Source of the DNA: an uncultured Thiotrichaceae bacterium
GTDB taxonomy: Bacteria > Pseudomonadota > Gammaproteobacteria > SZUA-229
NCBI GenBank assembly: GCA_964522445.1
Contig: CAZFUY010000003.1
Location: 1-54,878, forward strand
DNA: 54,878 nucleotides
Reading direction: 5' to 3'
Shown: piece after piece, positions 48,953-54,878 of the stretch
Layout: each line of letters starts with the position of its first letter
How positions within the stretch are numbered: the stretch's first letter is position 1
The notes under the pieces: model-generated
Told to the model about the DNA's origin: nothing
Databases searched by the model: none
The model's input: the letters and a program-made list of their open reading frames with translations, nothing else
Made by a program: the position numbers and the translations under genes

Positions 48953-50929
48953 ATGACATCATCCTGGCTAGGCGTTGATACCGGCGGCACATTTACAGAC
49001 TTTGTTTTTTTTGATGGTAAATCGATAAAAATTCACAAAGTTTTATCAACACCATCTGCACCAGAAAAAGCAATCCTGCAGGGTATTGATGATTTAAAAC
49101 TTAATGCTAATGGCTTGCGATTAATACATGGCTCTACTGTTGCAACTAATGCAGTGCTGGAAAGGAAGGGGGTGCGCACGGCCTATATCACTAATCAGGG
49201 GTTTGCAGATGTTTTGCAGATTGGTCGGCAGGCACGAAAAGAGCTTTATAATTTGCAGCCAGAATCATTCCCCTGCTTAGTCGCTAAAGATCATTGTCTG
49301 GAGGTAGATACACGTTTATCTGCACAGGGTGAATTATTAACTGCATTATCTGAGCAGGCATTAAAAAAACTGGTAGAAAAACTCCAGCAGTTAAAACCAC
49401 AGGCTGTTGCTATTAATTTACTGTTTTCATTTTTAGATGATAAGCAGGAAAAACAAATTGAAGCTGCAATACCTGATGGTATTTTTATTAGCCGATCATC
49501 CGATGTGCTGACTGAATATAAAGAATATGAAAGAGGTATCACCACCTGTTTAAATGCCTATATTGGCCCATTAATGCAGGGCTATTTGCAGCGACTGGAA
49601 CAGGGTGTAGATGGAGCAGTTGTGTCGGTAATGCAAAGTGCCGGTGGCACAATTGGCGCTAAACAGGCAGGGCATCATGCGGTACATTTATTATTGTCGG
49701 GGCCTGCGGGTGGGCTTAAAGGCATTCAGTTTGTTGCAGGGCTGAGTGAATATCAGCAGCTACTTAGCTTTGATATGGGCGGCACATCAACGGATGTTGC
49801 GCTAATTGATGGCGATATTGGTCTTACATCGGAAGGGCATATCGGTGATTACCCTGTTGCTGTGCCAATGGTTGATATGCATACCATTGGTGCAGGGGGT
49901 GGCTCTATTGCCAGAGTTGATGCGGGGGGGATGTTATTAGTAGGGCCTGAGTCAGCAGGGGCTGAGCCAGGCCCTGCCTGTTATGGTCAGGGTGGCAGGC
50001 AGGCCACAGTGACAGATGCTAATCTGATTCTGGGGCGATTGCAGCCCGATGCATTCCTGGGTGGCAGCATGATGCTGGATATAGACGCTGCAAAAAATGC
50101 GCTGGCCAATATTGCTGATTTGCTGAATATAACTATTGAGCAGGCGGCAGAAGGAATTATTCGAGTTGCCAATGAGCATATGGTGCGAGCATTACGTGTT
50201 ATATCAGTTCAGCGAGGAATAGACCCGCGAGAATTTAGTCTGGCCTCTTTTGGGGGTGCAGGTGGATTGCATGTGTGTGCTCTTGCAGAGACTTTAGAAA
50301 TGACATCTGCAATTGTGCCAGTGCAGGCGGGTGTTTTGTCTGCACTGGGCATGCTAGTGGCTGCACCCTCGCGTGAAATGTCACGTACTGTTACAAAATT
50401 AATTAATGACTGTGATTATGAAGATCTAAAAAAAGAATTTAGTGCACTAAAACAGAAAGCATTAGATGACATGAAAAATGAATTAAATGGGCAGCAGGTA
50501 GACTTATTTCTATCGCTAGACTTACGTTACAAAGGTCAGAGCTTTACTCTCAATGTTTCATGGAATATATCGTCACAGCATGAACTAAAAAATATACAAA
50601 AAACTTTTCATGAAAAACACAGGCAACGCTATGGTCATGCGCTGGATATTCCTGTTGAATTAGTGAATGTGCGACTAAGCGCTAAAGGGAAAAGACCTTC
50701 ATTTTTATTGCCTGAATTAGAAAGCAGTAATGAAAAAGCCAGGCCTGTCAGTCAGTTAAAAATATATGGCATAAATAAAAAAATTAATGTGTTTCAAAGA
50801 GAGCGTCTTCTGGCAGGGCAGAAAATTGAAGGGCCGGCTTTGATTGTAGAAAAAGTTTCAACCACCTATATTGCAGATAACTGGCAATGTGAGATTGATG
50901 TTTGGGGTAATCTATTGCTTAAACTATAG
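48953..50929 (+). CDS. hydantoinase/oxoprolinase A-type subunit (HyuA family)
   Basis: GVDTGGTFTDFV N-terminus, the second ASKHA motif FDMGGTSTDV, 658 aa. No HyuB-type partner is present in the window. Confidence 0.85.
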   Translation: MTSSWLGVDTGGTFTDFVFFDGKSIKIHKVLSTPSAPEKAILQGIDDLKLNANGLRLIHGSTVATNAVLERKGVRTAYITNQGFADVLQIGRQARKELYNLQPESFPCLVAKDHCLEVDTRLSAQGELLTALSEQALKKLVEKLQQLKPQAVAINLLFSFLDDKQEKQIEAAIPDGIFISRSSDVLTEYKEYERGITTCLNAYIGPLMQGYLQRLEQGVDGAVVSVMQSAGGTIGAKQAGHHAVHLLLSGPAGGLKGIQFVAGLSEYQQLLSFDMGGTSTDVALIDGDIGLTSEGHIGDYPVAVPMVDMHTIGAGGGSIARVDAGGMLLVGPESAGAEPGPACYGQGGRQATVTDANLILGRLQPDAFLGGSMMLDIDAAKNALANIADLLNITIEQAAEGIIRVANEHMVRALRVISVQRGIDPREFSLASFGGAGGLHVCALAETLEMTSAIVPVQAGVLSALGMLVAAPSREMSRTVTKLINDCDYEDLKKEFSALKQKALDDMKNELNGQQVDLFLSLDLRYKGQSFTLNVSWNISSQHELKNIQKTFHEKHRQRYGHALDIPVELVNVRLSAKGKRPSFLLPELESSNEKARPVSQLKIYGINKKINVFQRERLLAGQKIEGPALIVEKVSTTYIADNWQCEIDVWGNLLLKL

Positions 50930-50943
50930 ATGAATATTAAATA

Positions 50944-51939
50944 TCAATCACCCCGGAGCATTTTTAGAAAGTGTTCTTTGTATTCGCTGGAAAAAATTCT
51001 ATAAAAATTAAATTTTGCATGTTGATCAGGCTTGTCTGAGTTTATTTCCAAGCCCCACAGAGGGTTAATGCCTAATGTTTCATTTGAATAGCGAACGTCT
51101 GATAATATGTTTTTATAGTCTGGTGACATTGCTACATAGCCATCAGAAAATTCTGTAAAACGGAGAATGTCATTATACAGAACAGATGATTTATCAATGT
51201 TCTTTATGTCTTTTTCGGGATCAAATAGTGTTACTGAATTTCCAGTATAAATTTGGGTGTTGGATAAACCTGTTCGGATGCCGTCAACATAAAGCGTGTT
51301 ATTAGCCTGGTATATTGATCGCCATAAGATTAAATTGCTTATGGTGGGTTTTACAATAAATCGCTCAATCCTGTGCTGGCGTTGTTCTGCAAGTTCAAAT
51401 AAGGCCGTTTCTGCTCTTTGCAATTGCAGCCAGCCAATTGACATATAAACAGTTGCGAGCAACAGACCCCACCGTGCTATTTTAAAATTATATTTTCTAA
51501 ATGAAAATATAACAGCCAGCATTAAGGTAAGAGTAAATACTGGATCTATTATGGAAATCAAATTCCAGGCGATTCTTTCATTTATAACAGGCCAGAATAA
51601 ATGAGTGCCATAACTGGTACACGCATCTAATACGCCACTTAAACTGTAGCCCAGTAAACTAAAGATATATAAACGTTTGAAATTAAGTTTGTTTTTTGCA
51701 AAAGGCCAGAGGATTAATGCGGCAATGAGTGCGCCTAGAGGAATAAAAAATATTGAATGGCTGAAATGGCGGTGAAATTCAATGTTTAATAAGTGATCGT
51801 CTGAAGAGCGTATTAATACATCTGCATCAGCCAGTAAGCCCGCCAGAAAACCAACCCAGGTTGCTGTGCGTGTTTCTTCTTTTTTTGCGGCTGATTGAGC
51901 CAAGGCTGCACCAAGCAGCCCCTGTGTTAATAGATCCAT
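50944..51939 (-). CDS. YdjM/DUF457-like membrane-bound metal-dependent hydrolase with a roughly 150-aa C-terminal extension
   Basis: MDLLTQGLLGAALA start and HRHFSHS histidines in a polytopic N-terminal half. The C-terminal half is soluble. Confidence 0.65.
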   Translation of the reverse strand: MDLLTQGLLGAALAQSAAKKEETRTATWVGFLAGLLADADVLIRSSDDHLLNIEFHRHFSHSIFFIPLGALIAALILWPFAKNKLNFKRLYIFSLLGYSLSGVLDACTSYGTHLFWPVINERIAWNLISIIDPVFTLTLMLAVIFSFRKYNFKIARWGLLLATVYMSIGWLQLQRAETALFELAEQRQHRIERFIVKPTISNLILWRSIYQANNTLYVDGIRTGLSNTQIYTGNSVTLFDPEKDIKNIDKSSVLYNDILRFTEFSDGYVAMSPDYKNILSDVRYSNETLGINPLWGLEINSDKPDQHAKFNFYRIFSSEYKEHFLKMLRGD

Positions 51940-52013
51940 AGATTAGTTGTTTTTTTAAAAAGTCAGATTATACATTTATGAAATGTGAGAGGGTAGATGT
52001 TTATGGTCTTGTC

Positions 52014-52625
52014 TTAATGATCTGTATTTTCACCCCAAAGGCTTTCAATTTGTGCATCACGTCCACAACTGTATCGGTAATACTTGTAACGCAGTGGGTT
52101 CTTTTTGTAATAGTTCTGATGGTAATCTTCGGCAAGGTAAAATGTCTGGGCTTTAATGTATTCTACTTTTAGTGGTTCATTAAACGGTTTTATTTTTTCA
52201 ATATTACGGGCTGATTCGAGTATGAGTTGTTTTTCCTCCTCGTTTTTATAAAAAATTGCAGGTCGATATTGTTGGCCTTTGTCGCAGAACTGTCCATCAT
52301 TTCGTGTTGGATCAATGTGGTGCCAGAAATAGTTTAGAATCTTTTTATAGCTAATAATATTGGGGTCATAGGTGATTTCAACGGATTCAATATGTCCGCT
52401 TTTGCCAGCAGAAACCTGTTTGTACGTAGGATTTTTAGTGTGGCCTCCTGTGTAACCCGATACAACATCTATTACGCCATTGAGTTTTTCAAAATCAGAT
52501 TCGATACACCAGAAGCAGCCTCCGGCAAGAATGGCGCTTTTGTAATAGGGGAGTTTTTCTGTGTCGGCTGCCTGTGATGTGCTTGCTATAATTGATAAAA
52601 ACATAAATATTGAACGTACTCGCAT
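52014..52625 (-). CDS. msrA: peptide-methionine (S)-S-oxide reductase with an N-terminal signal peptide
   Basis: Catalytic GGCFWC and a conserved MsrA core (GHIESVEITYDP, YHQNYY). The N-terminus MRVRSIFMFLSIIASTSQA-AD looks like a Sec signal. Confidence 0.9.
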   Translation of the reverse strand: MRVRSIFMFLSIIASTSQAADTEKLPYYKSAILAGGCFWCIESDFEKLNGVIDVVSGYTGGHTKNPTYKQVSAGKSGHIESVEITYDPNIISYKKILNYFWHHIDPTRNDGQFCDKGQQYRPAIFYKNEEEKQLILESARNIEKIKPFNEPLKVEYIKAQTFYLAEDYHQNYYKKNPLRYKYYRYSCGRDAQIESLWGENTDH

Positions 52626-52693
52626 GCGCGTACCCGTATTTTAATAATACGAATTAGTTTATTAATTAGCTTAAAAGTTCATTTATAATTTTT

Positions 52694-53896
52694 TTAAACG
52701 GCGTTAAGTATTTCTTCTGCCCAGTTAATGGCTTCGATACTGGCATCTGATAAATCACTGGGCTGCAAATCTTTAAAACGGATATTAACCCAGTCTGTGG
52801 TTTCCTGTGCCAGCACACAATTTAATGCATCACCCAGATCACCTTCGCGGTTAAGTAGAGCAGCAATAATATTGTCTGCCAGGGGTAAGGGTGTGATCAG
52901 TTCTTCCAGGCTGTGATCCATTAATAAATCCAGTGCTGAAAACATGCCGATAGTGAAATAGGAATCCAGTGGTTCTAGTTTTGCTTTTTGTGCCAGGAGT
53001 TCACAGGTTTTTGCTCGTATCATAGCAATCTGAACCTGACTTCTGGGTTTGTCATCCATGCCAGTTAGAGCCATGAGTGATGCCCATGTGCATAGTTGTT
53101 TTCGACCCAGCATAACAATGGCGTGATGGATAGACTCGATTTTACTGGCGCGAGAGAAAAAAGCTGAGTTGATTAATTTTAGAATTCTGTAGCTAAGCGA
53201 AACGTCTTTACTAATAACGTCGTCGATAGTGTCAATATCAGTATCTGGATTGTGCAGAGTGGCTAATAGAGTCATTACACTCATGCTGTTTGCTGCCAGA
53301 CTCTTGCCGGCGATAACTTTTGGTCGGCTTAAGAAATAACCCTGAAAATAATCAATGCCCAGATCACGACAAAATTCATAATCATCATGTGTTTTTATAT
53401 GGTCGGCTAATAAAATAGGATGTAATTTTGTGAGTATTTTTATGTGTGATTGTAAATCACTTCTTTCCATGTCTTCGATATTTAGATCAATCATGTATGA
53501 CATATTAGCCAGTGGCTGTAATTCTTTGTGTATTAGATAATTATCAATGGCCAGTTTAAAGCCTGCTTTAGTAAGTCTTTTAGCGCCTTCAATAATAGAA
53601 TCATCAACTTTAATATAAGCGGGAATTTTAAGAATAACTTTATCAGCGGGTAAGGGTAGCTCTTCATCAGTACGTAGAAAACGTTCCGCCAGTTTAATAA
53701 AGGCAATATTCTTATTGACCAGTTTATCTATGCCTATTTCGAGAAAGGCATTGATAATAACCTGAGATGTTGCTTTATCAGCATCGAGCTGTTCTTCTTC
53801 TCTGTTTGAACGGCTTGATCGAGACATTAGTTCATAGGCGTAGGTTTCCAGGTCTCGGTCATAAATAGGCTGTCTACCTACAAAAATTTCTAACAT
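52694..53896 (-). CDS. EAL-HDOD protein with degenerate EAL catalytic motifs
   Basis: GRQPIYD...YELMSR start and HDOD (DVSLSYRILKLINSAFFSRASKIESIHHAIVMLG). The metal and catalytic positions are changed to VILKIPA, AIDNY, MIDL and LLADHIKT. Confidence 0.82.
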   Translation of the reverse strand: MLEIFVGRQPIYDRDLETYAYELMSRSSRSNREEEQLDADKATSQVIINAFLEIGIDKLVNKNIAFIKLAERFLRTDEELPLPADKVILKIPAYIKVDDSIIEGAKRLTKAGFKLAIDNYLIHKELQPLANMSYMIDLNIEDMERSDLQSHIKILTKLHPILLADHIKTHDDYEFCRDLGIDYFQGYFLSRPKVIAGKSLAANSMSVMTLLATLHNPDTDIDTIDDVISKDVSLSYRILKLINSAFFSRASKIESIHHAIVMLGRKQLCTWASLMALTGMDDKPRSQVQIAMIRAKTCELLAQKAKLEPLDSYFTIGMFSALDLLMDHSLEELITPLPLADNIIAALLNREGDLGDALNCVLAQETTDWVNIRFKDLQPSDLSDASIEAINWAEEILNAV

Positions 53897-53922
53897 TATC
53901 TTTTCACTTAAATTTTTTATTG

Positions 53923-54878
53923 TTAGTTAATATTTTTTAGTGCTTCATTTGCCCATGCAATTGCTTCAACATAATAACTATTTATATCCTGTGTGGGCAG
54001 GTCTTTAAACTTAATGCTTTTCCAGTAGCCCTGCTCATAAGCCTGGCTACAGGATAGTGCTTCGCCCAATATACCCTCATGTTTTAGTAATGCACTTTGT
54101 ATATCTTTACTTACAGGCAGCTTTTTAATAATGGATTCCATTGTTTGATCCATCATTGCATCGAGCACGGATAGTAGTCCCGTTGTGAAAAAAGCATCAA
54201 GGTTTTTCATGCCTAATGTTTTAGCCAGTAACTCGCAGGTTTTTCCTCTCACCAGAGCAAGGTTCATTAGTTCATCTGGCTTGTCGCTGTTTCCTGCCAT
54301 AGAAACAACTGTGGTCCATGTTCTTAGTTCGTTGCGGCCAAGGTAAACTACTGCCTGGCGTATAGATTCAACTTTATTGGGCAGGTTGAAAAATGCGCTA
54401 TTGATATAGCGTAATAAATGATAGCTTAAGGTGACATCATTGCAAATGACATTTTCTAATTTCTCGGGAGCAATTTCATCATCATAAACAAGGGATAATA
54501 GTTGTAATATAGCCAGCTGGTTTGTGCTCATCTGGCGATGTTTCATGAGGATGGGTTTGCTGAAGAAAAATCCCTGTAAATAATCAAAGCCCATTTCCAG
54601 TAAATCATTGACCTGGCTGCCGTCTTCGACTTTCTCAGCAAGTAACTTTACAGGAAACTTCTGCAGCTGTTTGACGAAACCTTCAAGTTGATCAGCGGGT
54701 GTTAGTAGCATATCAACTTTAACCATGCTGGCCAGGGGTAAAAGTTTTAATGCTTCTGCTGTGGGATGAAGATCATCCAGGGCTATCATATATCCACGTT
54801 TGGTAAGTTGTTTGAGTGCGGCAACTATTTCATCGTCAACGGCAATATCTTCCAGTATTTCCAGTACGACATTATCCG
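53923..54878 (-). CDS. EAL-HDOD protein, canonical EAL motifs (5' end beyond the window)
   Basis: The frame stays open upstream of the track's ATG to the window edge (DNVVLEILEDIAVDDEIVAALKQLTKRGYMIALDD). The motifs LEILE, ALDD, KVD, LLAEKVE and QGFFFSKP are intact. HDOD is DVTLSYHLLRYINSAFF. Confidence 0.85.
   Translation of the reverse strand, partial: DNVVLEILEDIAVDDEIVAALKQLTKRGYMIALDDLHPTAEALKLLPLASMVKVDMLLTPADQLEGFVKQLQKFPVKLLAEKVEDGSQVNDLLEMGFDYLQGFFFSKPILMKHRQMSTNQLAILQLLSLVYDDEIAPEKLENVICNDVTLSYHLLRYINSAFFNLPNKVESIRQAVVYLGRNELRTWTTVVSMAGNSDKPDELMNLALVRGKTCELLAKTLGMKNLDAFFTTGLLSVLDAMMDQTMESIIKKLPVSKDIQSALLKHEGILGEALSCSQAYEQGYWKSIKFKDLPTQDINSYYVEAIAWANEALKNIN

Overview
This is a 54.9-kb, AT-rich, densely coding chromosomal segment with about 50 CDS. 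It reads as core genome of a gammaproteobacterium. That assignment is an inference from gene content and from synteny blocks matching the Pseudomonas-type arrangements: ponA<>pilMNOPQ-aroK-aroB-(AAA/SPOR)-gltBD, M16-M16<>ftsYEX-rpoH, and rsmD-coaD-fdx.

Left to right the window holds dnaG, gltD, gltB, an ExeA-like AAA+SPOR protein, a dGTPase-like HD hydrolase, aroB, aroK, an orphan lipoprotein, pilQPONM, divergent PBP1A, hemE, yqeY, rpsU, tsaD, plsY, bioH, bioC, rpoH, a tandem-receiver protein, ftsXEY, two M16 peptidases, rsmD, coaD, a ferredoxin, ggt, small orphans, mogA, a stand-alone CZB protein, an MPG-type glycosylase, a 2-Cys peroxiredoxin, a Sel1 protein, mutM docked onto an ABC/GldG/DUF4340 operon, an orphan hyuA, a YdjM-like hydrolase, an exported msrA and two tandem EAL-HDOD genes. 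The last of these runs off the window.

I see no rRNA, tRNA, CRISPR array, transposase, integrase, phage gene or recognisable defence gene. I could not identify a convincing new multi-gene system.

Four things are not explained by the gene list:
(i) Several families of palindromic miniature repeats sit exactly at junctions of conserved operons. One is nested inside another between ftsY and ftsE.
(ii) A 290-bp repeat- and hairpin-rich convergent spacer lies between ponA and hemE.
(iii) There are lineage-specific single-gene insertions into conserved synteny: a lipoprotein after pilQ and a REC-REC protein between ftsX and rpoH.
(iv) The rpsU-dnaG operon is broken.

All calls come from reading motifs by eye. 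No searches were run.
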